Notes: generated from the sequence alone by a model not told the origin. Shown: positions 12,465-26,268, numbered from the stretch's first letter. The stretch: DNA of 64,000 nucleotides from Antedon mediterranea (GCF_964355755.1 NC_092674.1:2356001-2420000); one strand, 5' to 3'. Program-made: numbers and translations.

Positions 12465-15400
12465 ATGCCTCAACCAGTATTGAGAAATAATAAGAGAACA
12501 GGAGTTCTAACGAGTGTAAGAAGAAGACAATCATTCAATAAAAATAATCTTTAAAAATCATTCATATTGATTTGTGCATTGTTCAAATCTTTAAATTTTG
12601 TATTCCACATGAATATACCCATCCCAGTTTACAATACATTTTTATTACGATTTAATAGTTTGCCTTTTTCACTATCTCTACTCAGGCCAAATAAACATTT
12701 GATATAGCCTACAGTAGGCCCCTAGGCCTACTATTATTTAAAAATATTATTGAACTTTATATATGGGTATATATCGAAAAAATTTGTAACAAGATTACGA
12801 TTACGGGTATCGTAATATAAGTTTTATTGTTTCTTAGATTCACCAAGATGTCGGCATGCAGAAGCCACTTACTCGAGCCAAACGAAGGTCCGAAGGCTCG
12901 CCACAAAATCAAAAAGCTAGTAAAAGAGCCTTCATGGATATTACAAATGTACGTATGCTGCTAAAAAGAAGTGTTTCTATGCCCCTCTGACCTTTTTCTT
13001 TTCATTTGGTATCTGCTCACATATTTTCTGCTGCCTCTACAATTTTCAACATTGACGTTTATACTGTAATCATTCATTTTTACTTATTCAGTCTGCTGAT
13101 TTTTTAGAACATCTAGGGATAGTTATTGTTCCACAAATTTAAATATGTTGTGATTTAAAATTTGTTGTTTTTCAAAAGGCTTTTGTAACTAAAAACAATG
13201 TAGTCAAGAAAGGAGGAATAAAAGCTGAATTGAAGAAGCAGCCAAAAAAGAAGATAACGAGATCACAGACCAGTAAAGAAGATTTAAAAATTAAAGATGA
13301 AAACTTGGAGGTGTCTGAAATATCATCATCGCAAGGGTCAAATAGTTCACAGGGGTCGAATAACAGTGAAATGGAAGTATTCATGAACAATAAAAACAGC
13401 GAAATTAGTAAAGCAATAGATTTAAAAGTTGGTGTAAGTAATTTTAAAACATACATACGATTAATATTGAATTCAATTTTTGGGTTGGAATGATATAAAA
13501 AGCAAAATATACCAATTAATGTCTACGCTGTTTGTGGGATTATGTTACTTGTTTAAAGCTCTGTCTACACTATCGGAACTTTATGTGAAAAAAAAATGTG
13601 ATGTGCCCATATATGGACAAGATGATGTCATATCACTACCATATTTGGGCACATCATACATTTTTTGTAAAAATAGTTTGATAGTGTAGACAGAGCTTAA
13701 GTCGACAGTGTATAGATCTTAGTTTCTGTTTTTCAAGTTGGAAAGGGCATAAATAAGTCACCATGTGGTGTTTTTGTTTTTCTAGGTTGAAACCATTAAT
13801 TTAAATGATGATGAAGATGATTTTAGAGATATTGATGCAGAAAATATTGACAACCCATATGAGGCTCCTGTGTATGCAAATGATATTTTCAAATACCAAC
13901 AAGAACGAGAGGTATCCACAGTGCTTCATGTTTGTTTTTAAATTAATAAATTAACCTATCCTAAGACGGTCTACTCTATCAAACTAAAAGTGTGCCTAAA
14001 TATGGTAGTGATATGCTCAAATATGGTAGTGACATGACATCATCCATATATGGGCACATCACATTTTTATGTCGCATAAAGTTTGATAGTTTAGACAGAG
14101 CTTTAGATTGCTTTTTATTATTATTAGACTCGACTGTATTGTGGTGGGTCACCCAATAGCCATATCCTATATGCGATTGTCCACTCGGAGCACAGCTACA
14201 TTTGAAAATGTTTTAAGATAGAATATTACATTTAAGTACTTTATAGTGGTTGGAGATAACTGTAATAATAACGTTAACTATGTATTATATTTTCTTGCAG
14301 ATAAAATTTAAAATTACACCATATTTTGAGCATCAAGTAGAAATAACAAGACAGATGCGTGCCGTGTTGGTGGACTGGTTGGTAGAAATACAGGAGAGTT
14401 TTGAACTCAACCACGAAACTTTGTACCTAGCTGTGAAACTCGTCGATCACTATCTTATGCGAAAAAAGAAAGTTGGGCGTGAAGTTCTGCAGCTGGTTGG
14501 GGCCACTGCTCTGTTTATTGCATGTAAATTTGATGTAAGAAATTTACATGATTTACTTTACTACTTTTAGTTAATATTGAATCCTCCTCTGCAGAAACCT
14601 ATGACACTTTTTGCTAAAGTTCTGTCTACACTATCTCAAATATGGTAGTGATATATGCACAAATATGGTAGTAATGACATGTCCATATATGGGAACATCA
14701 CTTTTTTTTTTATCACGAAGTTGATAGTGTAGACAGAGCTTCAGAATCTTGTGTATTATATAAACATATTTATTGCTGTAGTACTAAATATAATCTTTTC
14801 TTGTACAGGAACGATGTCCTCCACTTCTAGATGATTTTAAGTACATATGCGATGATGCGTACAAAAGAAAAGATTTTATTCTGATGGAAATGAGTATTTT
14901 AAAGACAATTGGGTTTGATCTTGGCATCCCACTATCCTATAGGTTTCTCAGGCGATTTGCAAAGGTAAGTTTGACTAATTAATAAATTAATTATATTGCG
15001 GTAGACGTTACTGGTCGTATCGGCTTTTATCCAGCTGCCAATTAGGCACTGAATACTTGTCAGTATACCATACGTGAGTGATGACACTTTGTAAATGTTT
15101 TCACTTTTTTTATTTAACTGTTTTTGTATAATTTCTATGTATATAATGAATGAATATAAACAAAAGAGAAGAGAGTTATTCTTTGTATGTAATTATTGTT
15201 CCGACTTACAATGTGTGCTTTTTTCCGTTCTACTCTAGTGTGCTCGTTCATCCATGGAGACTTTGACATTAGCAAGGTACATCTTGGAAACTTCTCTGCA
15301 CGATGCAGACTTCATTGAGAAACGAGACTCGGAAGTAGCATCAGCAGCTCTGCTCCTGGCATTCCGTATGAAAAAGGCTGGCGAATGGGTATGTCAAGTA

Positions 15401-16023
15401 CTCTTTATTTTAAGTTAAAACTTTTGTTAGTTTTAAAACGATTGATTGATATGGCTAGTATTTCGATTTAGTACTTTTAGCTTTGATTTTTCTGTCTATT
15501 GAAATAAATTGTTTTATTATACTGTATATACAGGATAAAACATTGGAGCACTATTCAGGGTACACAGACAAAGAATTGGCGCCAACAGTACTCCAGTTGA
15601 ACGCACTTATTTCGTCGCCTCCTGACGAGAGACTAATGACAGTACGAAACAAATATTCACACCCGTAAGTATTTCAAACAGAAATATCGCGACAATTTTT
15701 AAAAATTTTAAATTATATAATTCATATTAATTACATAAATTCGTGATTTCTGCTGTTAGCTCTGTCTACACGATCAAACTGGTTTGACAAAAAAAGTGTA
15801 ATGTGCTCAAATATGGTAGTGATTACAGCATGATGTCCATATATGGACACATCAAATTTGTTTGTCACATAAAGTTTGATAGTGTAGACAGGGAGAAACA
15901 AATTTGGCCAGGGTAATTTCTTTTCTTTTCTTTTTTCTAATCATTCATTTTCCTTTTTTTTTTCTCAGTGTCTTCAATGAAGTCGCCAAGATTGCCCCAC
16001 TTGATGTTTTAACCGAGCTATAG
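12465..16023 (+). CDS. CCNB3: Cyclin B3 (~422 aa); exons 12465-12515, 12838-12948, 13179-13433, 13786-13911, 14301-14534, 14809-14964, 15239-15388, 15534-15664, 15969-16023
   Basis: D-box KRAFMDITN, cyclin box MRAVLVDWLVEIQESFELNHETLYLAVKLVDHYL, B3-type KFDERCPPLLDDFKYICDDAY, C-terminal VRNKYSHPVFNEVAKI; 1269-nt spliced ORF. Confidence 0.95.
13557..13697. mobile_element. Family A Harbinger-like MITE
   Basis: TAA|AGCTCTGTCTACACTATC ... GATAGTGTAGACAGAGCT|TAA (3-bp TWA TSD). Confidence 0.85.
14618..14740. mobile_element. Family A Harbinger-like MITE
   Basis: Same TIRs and internal CAAATATGGTAGTGAT core. Confidence 0.75.
15758..15891. mobile_element. Family A Harbinger-like MITE
   Basis: AGCTCTGTCTACACGATCAAACT ... 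AGTTTGATAGTGTAGACAG. Confidence 0.75.
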
Positions 16024-17705
16024 CCATTTGTAACTAAAACTTTCTGATCGTGAACTACATTTTTAAAAATCGAGATATAACATGTACAAACGTAATATGC
16101 AAAACTCTAATCATTGTTGAAAGTTTTTTATTTTATATACTATTTTATCAATAAGTGTACGACAATTTTTAAAGTCTATTTCATAATGGCTCTTTTTATA
16201 AAAAACATTTTTACATTTTATATTGAACATTTTTTTATATTCCAATCATTGGCAATTGTTTAGTTCATTTATATGTGGATTATGAAAATGTATTGATGGG
16301 TACTGTATTTCTTTTTATGAATGATTTTAATTTTAACATTTCTTTCTTAAATATGTACTGGTGCTTCTTATTGATAATGTTTCTCTATTTCAATTAGCAA
16401 ATTAAAGCGATAATGATGTATAAGTGATGTACGATTGTGTGAAAATGAAATGTTCGAGTGAATGAAAGGTTTTATTAACGATGGTTTTTGTAAAAATGTA
16501 TAAAATGTCATCCATCCATATATTAATACCTGTAAAGCAGATCAATTGTAAATAACACTATCCACTCTAATAGTAGTATAGCTTTAGTATGTAGATGTGT
16601 TGTCATGGTTTTAAATGTTGATTATAGAAGACTATAATAAATTGTCACTATAAATCGGTACATATGTTTTCAGTTTTTATTTTGTATGAAAAACACATAA
16701 ATTACAAAAATATTGTACATAAATTGGTATATAGACTTGTCTGTAGAAGCAGTTGGCATTACAAAATATAAGTAGCAATGCTAGAAACTAGACTACAGCA
16801 GCTCTTGCTTCACTCACTATTTGGACAAATCACATTTTTTTCAAACTAGTTTGATAGTGTGGACAGAGCTTTACTCATATATGACCCAACCAAGCAAATA
16901 ATGACAGTAGCAAGATAATATATATAGTGTTAATTGTATTCTGTCAAGACAAACTCAACAAATCTTTCACGGTCCTGCAAATCAAACGTCAATTATTTGT
17001 TTTTTGACTCTCCACACGGCAATACGCCAATAAATGTGATAAGCCGCATGAAAACTAAACAGACGTTGATTTGCCACTGCCGGTTTGGAACCGTGCCAGA
17101 ACAAGTGTGAAAGACCCTGGTCTTGATCAATTACACTCAGCATGCCATGTTTTAAAATAATACAAGCCAAAAATCTCTCTACCCCACCCCCAATTCTTAA
17201 AATTAGAATTCACTGTATACTTTATTTCAGTTTAATTAAAATATACAAATAAAAACATCCTACATTCTCAATCATTTACTTTATGATACAGAATAATATA
17301 TCTGGTATTTTGATGCCTAGTGAATTGCATGCCAAATATGACAGTGATATGATATGATATCACTATGTACAATACAGGATAGTGTAGACAGGGCTTTATT
17401 GAACAATTTACGTGTCCCAGATTCAGGAATACATTGTTTCTCATTTTCTTAACTACCAAACTGTATAGAGCAGTGGTGTTCAGTGAATTCTACTTCATGT
17501 TTTCCATTATGTTGCAGTCTCAGTTATAGAACAATTGCTGCCCAGCAAACTGAATCTTGTCCCAGATCGTGTTTTTGATTCATGTTTTCCATTCTGTTAA
17601 ACTATACCAAGTATTCTCTGATTGCTGCCCTGCAAACTGAATCCTGTCGTCTCGGATTGAGTTTTTTAATTAGTTTTTTTATTCCCTATTATTGAGTAGT
17701 CTCTG

Positions 17706-20700
17706 TTATAAAGATAACTTCCTTCCCTCAATACTTATTGCTACAGCTTTCTGCACCTTGTTTTTACTCTTACTTTTAGCTTCTTTAAACTTTCTCATGT
17801 GTTTTTCAAGTTTGGTCAGACTTTTCTTTGATGCCTAAAATCGGGAAAAAAAAAATCACAAATGATATAAACACATCAGGCACAGAACATTAATTCTAAA
17901 CAGCCCAGTGATAATTATTCTGAAATTAAATTAATTAATTAATTTTAAATGATAAAGATGAAATCTGTGAGAATTCATATATATTTTGCTAGAAATGAAA
18001 TTTTGAACTCAAACTCAAATAAAATTATTTTATTTATAATTATTAACATTGCTGCTTACCTTTCCCATCTCTGTTTCAATATTCCATCTAGGCCGAACTA
18101 CATAGTCTTTAGTTGAGGGCATTGGCACTCTTGCACGGCCAACAAAACCTTTATCTCCAGGCCTTAAAGCTCTGCAAACAAACAAAGTTAATAATTGATG
18201 CTGGGATCCCAAAGCAAAGTGTCCTTCCGAATAAACAACTGGTTTAAATCAAATTATAGTGAACTTGATTCGTGCTTTAAGGGGTCCGTAAGTCTACACT
18301 ATCAAACTAGTTTGACAAAAAAAGTGTGATGTGCCCAAATATGGTAGGGATATGCTTAAATATGGTAGTATAGGCCGAGCTTTATGTTGACACGGAAATC
18401 AACTCAACCCAACTCAACTGAAAAGAACTAGAAATTGTCGATATTTGGTTGTGCCCGTCAGTTGTGTTCAGTTGCCTGGAGCGCTTATGTCGACACAGTT
18501 GAGTTCTATGTCAACATAAGGCCACCTTTAGATGTCAGCAACCAACAGTGCAACTTTTATAGATAGAAATATAATATATTTTCTTTAAACTTACTTTTCA
18601 TCCTGTGCTAATGCTGAATCAATACTTCTCACTTGTATTTCTCCATCATCGGCAGAACTGAAATTTAAAACAAATTGGTAGTAGTAACAACTAGACTTCT
18701 AATATGCAGTAAATACAATGGTTACACACTCTCATAATGCCATATCACAGTGCAAAGAGCTTTATCAGAATCCACAAGGAAAGCCAAGAGACCAAGAGGA
18801 CAACCCAAACCTACCTGGATAAAAACATGACATGAAAAGAAGAATAAATACTACTTACTGAAGACGTTTCTTTTTGGAAGCTGGCATTTGTGCTAAATCT
18901 CTAGCTTGTCTGTCCTCTTTTGTCATCGACTTGAAATCTGCTTCTACTCCAAATATGGGTCGTGACCACTCATCTACAAATTGACAATGAAATATTTGCA
19001 TTATTTGGTGTATATTAAATTATAGTGAAACTGCATTCTCTATTTAAGGGTTACAACAGTGTACAAAAAAAAGAACATAATTGAGTGTTCTCTTAATTGC
19101 CGAATCATACTGTTTGAGCTTGTCCACAAAACGAATTTCCTTTTGGACCAATACATTTTCTCTAAATAGCGTGTGTTATATATATCAATATATCAATTAA
19201 CTAAATTGTCGTATACAATAAAACCTCTGTTAAGGAAACACATCCAGAACTAAAAGTTTGTCTCTTTATTATGTTGGTAGTAGAGTTCAAATACATATTG
19301 CCATTCATTCACGGGTGAAGTGCCTTCTTAATAGGAGTGTCCCATGCAAAGGTGTGTCCCATGCAGAGGTGTGTCCCAAGGGAGGTGTTTTTTTATCCCG
19401 ATATTCACATTGTTCTTACAAATGATTTTGCGGGCTAATTCTCGTACATGTCTCAGCTCTCTTGGGTGCTTAAACAGTAGCATAATAGCTTTCCCTATTC
19501 CACTTGTCTTCAATACGTGTTGGTCTACATTTGGCATCTACAGAACAAAATATCAAACTTACTCATATTTTTAAAATAGTGGTGGAATTAAAAAAAAAAA
19601 ACATGCAAAGATGGTAAAAAATTGTATTATTGGCAAATGTGCATTTATTGGCCAATAAGTAATTTAAATAACTCGCCAGTCAAATTTATTCCATAGTTAA
19701 ATATGAGAATTTAGTACACAGGATCAGTCAAGCATGAATTTAGTACACATGATCAGTCAAGCATGAATTTAGTACACATGATCATTCAAGCATGGATTTA
19801 GTACACAAGATCAGTCAAGTGTGAAGTTAGTACATAGTTACTAACCTGTATAAGAGCTTTGAGTAAACCTTCTCGAATATGAAAGTGAGGCAGACTTTTA
19901 TCGGGTAACGGTGCCAGCCATTCTTTAATTGCATGTAAAATTCCATTGTCAAGAAATGCTATATGCAGATCAGTTCTAAAAAAAACACATTCATTTGAAA
20001 TTGTCTATATATCCATTTAAAATTTAAGAGGATAATTAACATGATTTGATTTGAATTTATTAAGAAAATTGATAAACATAAATTACATTTATAAAAGATT
20101 TTCCAGGATAGCCCAAAAACGTATTAGCTTATTGCCATTGGGATCCTTTACATATTACTATACATTAATATGATACACTAATGTTATACTGTACTGTCAA
20201 GTCTTACCTATAATGAATAAATACTTACTTATTTAAATGACGTAAAACTGTAGGAAGGAGAGCTAACTTAGTTGTAGCTGCCTTTTTATTTTCATTTAAT
20301 CTTCGGTCCTCCTAAAAAAAAAACCAATTTAATGATGAAAATTATAGATTTAACATTAAAAGGGTGTGGGAGGAGTAATATAGTCAATTTATGAATAATT
20401 GTACATGAATAGTGATTGATAATGAGGTGTTTAGCCAGAATAATAATGAAAAGTATTGTTGCTTATATGTGTTTTTACCTTGGCAGCTTCGAGCATTTGT
20501 TTTATCATGGCATCAATGATGTCATCATTATCATTGATGACATCATCATGTATTCTTTTCCTTCTTCGTGATTGATTCTCTTTTTTTTTTCGTTCCATCA
20601 TCAGATCAAAATCAGAAACAAATGAGCTAAAAATAAATAAATTATGCATAAAAAAACACATACATTAATGTAAAATACTAGTGTAAAAATACTTATAACA

Positions 20701-23700
20701 ATTTCACACAACTTACGATCCTCCATCGCTAGGCTTGTCATCATCAGATGAGTCACCTGCAGCTGCTAAAGCTGTTGCATCCTCAGTGTCTTGCTGAGTC
20801 TCCTCCTCAACATCAAGACCTGGGGCTAGTCCTTCATCCTCATCATCATCGTCACTATCAATAATTGCTATTAAGAAAGTATTAATTAAATATTTATGAA
20901 ATATTAGAGTTGACGAAATGTAAACAAATTTTAATTTCTAATTATGTATTTAAAATATTTCATTTTTATCAATACAATCAGGACAAAAAAAAAGTGAACC
21001 TGGTATACTATATATTTATAAATTGAATAATTTAAAAATTATATTTTACAATAGAAATAGAAAAAACTTAAAGAACTAGCCAATGAAAGATCAGACTGGA
21101 AGAAACTAATAAAAGAGATTTACGGAGCAGCCCAAGCGGAAATGTCGGCAGACTTTTCAGCGGAAAGGCAGTAATAATAATAATAATAGAAATAGAAATT
21201 CTAACCTGCTTTTTTCTTCACTGGAGCTGATTCAATTTCTGCATCACCAAAACCCTAAAAATCAAGTTCATAAAATTGTTTACTTCCAAATATTGTACTT
21301 ATTCAGTACGCAGACCAGAAATACATGTTGGATAAATATTCCCAAGGTTTTACCTCAAAATCACCTTCCTCCTCATCACTTGAACCAAAAATATCAGCAA
21401 TAAGTTCTCTCTCACCTTCTTCCCTGAAAAAGAGTCAACATGAAAGGATAATAATAATAATAATTGATAATAATAATTATAAATAAATAAGGGAGTCAGT
21501 TTCTCTCTGTAAAAGAATAACTAAATAGAATAATAATACACAACCAAATACAGTAGAGCTAGCAAAACAGAGTTGGAGGAGCAGAGTCTTCACATATGAA
21601 GTTGGCTCCTAATACGAAGAAGAAGAGAAGAAGAAGAAGAAGAGGATGTGTAATTGCTATCTTTATATTATTATTATTATTATATCTATGCATCTGAATA
21701 TATATGGCCCAATCCCGTCTAGACAGAGGATGACCTTAGATCCAAAGTTTAACTAAATATAACTGTGTGATAAAGTTGTATTAATATGTACTACTTACTT
21801 TTCTTCATCACTTTCATCACCACTATCATCTTTTATTCGCTGTCCAATTTGTTGTTCTTCAAATCCAAAAAAAAATAAATATATATATATATACAGAACA
21901 CATTAAATATTACCTATTTCCAGTTTAGTAGTAACATTTTCATTTTTGTTAATCCAATAAGTACAAAAAAGACTTGCTTATAGTTACAAACTGACTTGAA
22001 AGAATTACCTCTCACTGGCTTTGCTAAATATATCAATACATTTTAGATTTTCTTCATATTTATAAATTATTTGGAAAAGTTTTATCTTTTAAAAACTATA
22101 ATTACCATTAATTAAAGTGTCTTGTTCGCCTTCCTCTTCAACGTCCTTGATGTCTTCTTTCTCATCATCATACACTGGTGATGGCACAGCGCCTTCTGCC
22201 ATTATTTCCTCTTTATTTTGATTATCACCATCTGCAACTTCTTCTAATCCTTCCTCTCTTTTCTCTTCACGTTCTTCTATCACTTGATCTCCCTGTATAT
22301 CTTGTTCCATATCTTGTTCCATTTCATCCACTGGAGACATTGGTGTTTCAAGTTCATTCGCATCATCCGCCGTCATCGTCAAATCTTCTTCTACTTCTTC
22401 ATTAACTGCTTCTTTCTCATAAGATTCATCAGCTTCTTCATTTATGTCTAAATGTTCAACTTTTTCTGGATCATATTCATCCTCAACATTTTCACCTTCT
22501 TCCTCAATTTCTGCAGTCTGCTGTTCTTCTTCTACAGTTTCATCTACATATTGCTCTCCACTTTCTTCAAGTTCTTCTTCTTCATATTCCTGCTGTTCTT
22601 CTTGCTCCCTATCTTCTACTACTTCATCTTCCTCATAAACTTCACCAGCTTCCCCTTGTTCCTGGATTTCTTCTTGTTCTTCCTGTTCAAATTCTTCACC
22701 AGATTCAATTTGTTCATATTCTTGATTGCTAGCGTACCTAACTTCTTTATCGTCTCCATTATCTTCTCCATCAACATATTCCTGTTCTTCTTCCCCTTCT
22801 TCAATTTCTCCTTCTTCTTCCTCTGCTACTGCTTCATTTTCTCCTTCATATTCATCCCCGCTTCTTAAACCGTCTTCATTTTCTGCAACAGCTTCCTCCT
22901 CTTGTTCACCATCACTAACAACTTCTTCTACATCACTCACAACCTCTCCATCATCTACATCATTTTCTTCTTCTTCCTCATGTACCTCTCCCTCCTCCTC
23001 ATCAGCATCTTCTTCCAGAACTAATCCTTCTTCATCTTGAACTTCTCCTTCTTCTTCATCAACCTCTCCTTCCTCGTGAATCTCTCCTTCATCTTGAACT
23101 TCTCCTTCTTCCTCTTGAATCTCTTCTTCCTCCTGATCCTCTTCTTCTTCTTCGTCATTGTCTTCCTGAATCTCTCCTTCATTTTCTTCAACCTCTTCCA
23201 CTCCAACTTCATTTTCTTCACCTACAGGATCATTATCTGATCCTGCTTCAACTTCTGATAAGCATTCTCCTTCCTGGATGTGAAAAAAAGGTTTTTTTAG
23301 GAAATATAAATTTGTATAACAAGGCAGCTTTACACTTTGATATTAATTATTGTAATAAATAAAGTACCTCTACATCCTCCTGAATTTCGCCATCACTTCG
23401 TTCATCCATAACTGGTGTGCCACCTCCATCATCACTACCTTTTTATTTATAAAAGTGTAAAATAAAGTGTTACTGTGAATACAATTACAAATTAAAAAGG
23501 AGTAAATAATTAATTTAAATCCTTTTAAACCTTTTTAAATTAAGTTTTAATTATTAATATTATCCACAGACAGCCAGCTACTAAAAATAAGGCATGAGTT
23601 AAACAAAGTTAGTTGGCGATGTTGATGTTCTAAATGGCAAATATATATAGAGGCCTAGCTGATTTTTCCACATGTGATGCGACTTGGCCAGTACAGAGGC

Positions 23701-23882
23701 CTGATTTACTGGTCCTGGTCTGCTGCTGAATGGATGGTGGGCCTAGTGTAGTAGGTAGGCTAGCTAGCAGCAGCATTGTTGCAGCGCTGAAGTTTGGAAG
23801 CTTTTCCCCCATGCTTTTTTCACATAAATTTTATTATAACTTATTCTAAATTCTTATTTAACTTACTATATTCCTCAGACAT
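17706..23882 (-). CDS. IWS1: IWS1/Spn1 transcription elongation factor (~831 aa); exons 23882-23867, 23438-23368, 23273-22106, 22023-22009, 21856-21799, 21423-21354, 21254-21206, 20867-20717, 20626-20479, 20311-20229, 19975-19846, 19537-19420, 18973-18859, 18657-18595, 18171-18060, 17834-17706
   Basis: N-terminal [39 protein letters not shown]-like [11 protein letters not shown]...[16 protein letters not shown]...[36 protein letters not shown]-terminal [13 protein letters not shown]; 2496-nt spliced ORF. Confidence 0.95.
18373..18523. mobile_element. Small MITE next to a truncated family A copy
   Basis: Inverted ends GGCC..TTATGTTGACA..AATCAACT / AGTTGAGTTCTATGTCAACATAAGGCC. Confidence 0.55.
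19706..19836. repeat. 29-bp minisatellite, ~4.5 copies, in IWS1 intron
   Basis: Unit GAATTTAGTACACATGATCAGTCAAGCAT. Confidence 0.85.
21555..21643 (+). mobile_element. Possible RTE-type LINE 3' fragment
   Basis: Degenerate ELAK.RV.(W)RS-like ORF tail ending GGCTCCTAA, followed by a (GAA)n tail. Confidence 0.35.
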
Positions 23883-24173
23883 AATCAAGAAAGCAGTTTT
23901 TTAGACTATACTACCGTCAGAAACAGAACTTTAATGAACAAAAATATTGCTATCAAAAAACTTGAACTATGACATAACCACGGTAGTTTTGTGAAAAATC
24001 TATTTTGATACAACATAAAATAAAATAAATATTAGTTTTAACATTTAATAAATATTTTAAAACTTAAAATGATTTTATATAGCAATTAAATTTGCATATT
24101 ACAATGTTTATACTGCCATATATAATGTTAAAAAAACTAATTTCTGCAGGTAGTGTGTAGGCCTACATACAAA
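23883..24173. promoter_or_regulatory. Compact bidirectional promoter of IWS1 and EMC5
   Basis: Start codons only ~290 bp apart on opposite strands; YY1-like AAAATGGCG overlaps the EMC5 ATG. Confidence 0.7.
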
Positions 24174-25532
24174 ATGGCGTCGTTCCATCACTTTTTAGCG
24201 TTCGTCGGGATAATTAGTTTAACACATTCTGCTTATTCAGCAGCACAACGTTAGTATTTATATAAACACAAAAAGAAAGACTATTTATAATTTATAATAA
24301 ATGATATTTTCAATAGTTCTGCGCCATAAGTTTACTTTCTATATAGCAAGTTAAATGTGTTAGGCCTAGCTAGCTAGTAGGCTAGGCCCGGCCTAGCTAG
24401 GCTAGCTAGCTAGTCCCAAACTGGTGGTGGCGGCGAGAGGAGTTTACCGCAGGACGCAGCTAGAGGGATAGGCGGCATAGCCTAGACCAAACTGTACAAT
24501 TGACTGTAATAAAATAAAATGTTAATTTAATTCAGTATACGGTATGCTTTCATTGGTTTGTGTTGCGCATAATGCCATCCCAATATTCAATAAGTAAATA
24601 TGGTTATTTAATTTATTGTTTCTACTGTACCCCAACCAAGAACTAACATGTAGGCCTAGGCCTAATATTAATTAATAATAATATTTATTTTTCTTTCATT
24701 TCAGATAGGACATATTTGAGACTTACAGAACAAGAATTTACAAACTTACCTGCCGATGTAAGTGTGAATGCATGTGCTGCTATTGGATACACGATTTTCG
24801 TGAGCTACTCTAAAATAAGACTTCTCTCCATGATTTCTTCCGTATCATGAAAATTGATTTCTTTTTAGTGATTTATAAAAAAGGGTTGCAGTAAAACTGC
24901 TTGATTTTAGAACAATTTAGAATTAGTGACTTTAAAGTGTTATTTTTGTAAATAATTTTGTAATTATTTAATTGGCTTGTGTTATTTAATTAAATTAGTT
25001 GTTCTTTTAAATTTTATTCATTTTACTTGATAATGACCCCATAATGGAGTCGAAACGTCGTTCTTTTTTAAGCGTTATTTTTCTATTATGAATTTTTTAA
25101 ATACTAAAAAATAAATACTTTTATTTTTACAGATAATATTGCAATGTTTAATCAGTTTGTTCCTGACAGCGTATGGAATATTACACATTGCAGGAAAGTA
25201 CAAAAGTATACGAATTTCAGATGATATGGAAAAAAAGTAAGTGGGTGCAAATATAAAATATATGCATTCAATATGTTTTTGTTTTGTTGTTCTGTTGATA
25301 AATGAATTAATTTTGGTTAATGAAATGATTCAGCTTTAATAGAATAGATGAAGAATTGATGAGGTATATTTCCTACTATAAAACATAATTTCTTTATTAT
25401 TTCAATAATTTGTTTTTTTATAGATCATTTGAGACTGTAGGCAACTGTCCATCTTTTTACATATTCAGACACAGAGGCAAAGTATTATTTGGAAATGGAC
25501 CTTATTCTAAAAATGCCGACCATAGAACATAA
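24174..25532 (+). CDS. MMGT1: ER membrane protein complex subunit 5 / membrane magnesium transporter 1 (113 aa); exons 24174-24249, 24705-24757, 25133-25236, 25424-25532
   Basis: MASFHHFLAFVGIISLTHSAYSAAQHRTYLRLTEQEFTNLPADIILQCLISLFLTAYGILHIAGKYK...KSFETVGNCPSFYIFRHRGKVLF matches EMC5; missed by the ORF track because exons are short. Confidence 0.95.
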
Positions 25533-25953
25533 ACGGAAGAGTTCAAAATAACAAAGGGCAGGAAACATGGAGAAATCTATTTGTACTGTAATATAAACAA
25601 GAAGTATGGATAAGACCTTTTGGACCTCAAGAAAAGTCTGGTACTGAGATAGTTTTCAGCTTTCAAAGATTTCGGTATTGGAAGAGTTGACTGTGCTAAA
25701 TTTTGAATCGCCAAAATATTAATGATTAATGCTTAGTGGTCTTGTGTTTTCATTACCTCGGACATTATACAGTGTAGAATAAAATAATATGAAAAACAGA
25801 CTGCAAAATATTTGTCATAATTTAATATTCCAATTTTGTATGTCTGAATTAGTTAATATTTCTATGAAATAAAATACTGTATAAAAATTAGATTGTTTAT
25901 TTGTTCTCCTTTTATTTAGCTTCTATTTTGGAAAATACTTTTTTGCTTGCTAA

Positions 25954-26200
25954 AGCTCTGTCTACACTATCAAACTTTATGTGACCAAAAAAAAAAGTGA
26001 TGTTCCCATATGGATATGTCATATCACTACCATATTTGTGCATATTATCACTACCATATTTGAGATAGTGTAGACAGGACAGTCAAACGAGTTTGATAGT
26101 GTATCACTACTACTGTATATTTGGGTATAGCACTACCATATTTGAGAACATCACAGTTTTTTGTAAAACTAGTTTGATAGCGTAGTAGACTGACAAAGCT
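25954..26200. mobile_element. Family A MITE (rearranged/compound) between the 3' ends of EMC5 and WDR53
   Basis: TAA|AGCTCTGTCTACACTATCAAACT start and duplicated right-end segments. Confidence 0.75.
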
Positions 26201-26268
26201 TTAAGCCAAGAAATATTAAATTTCCAGGATGCACCACATTAAACTGATTTACTGTAACTGCTTCAATA

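Noticed and set aside
12095-12490. 131-aa ORF upstream of cyclin B3
   Set aside because: Non-ATG start, spans the probable 5'UTR intron, low-complexity hydrophobic translation.
13912-14300. Possible U12 intron in CCNB3 (donor GTATCC)
   Set aside because: Donor continues ACAG rather than TTT, there is no TCCTTAAC branch site, and a normal pyrimidine tract is present, so it is treated as U2.
22178-23240. Ser-, Phe- and Lys-rich ORFs overlapping the IWS1 acidic exon
   Set aside because: Alternative-frame and antisense shadows of GAA-rich coding sequence.
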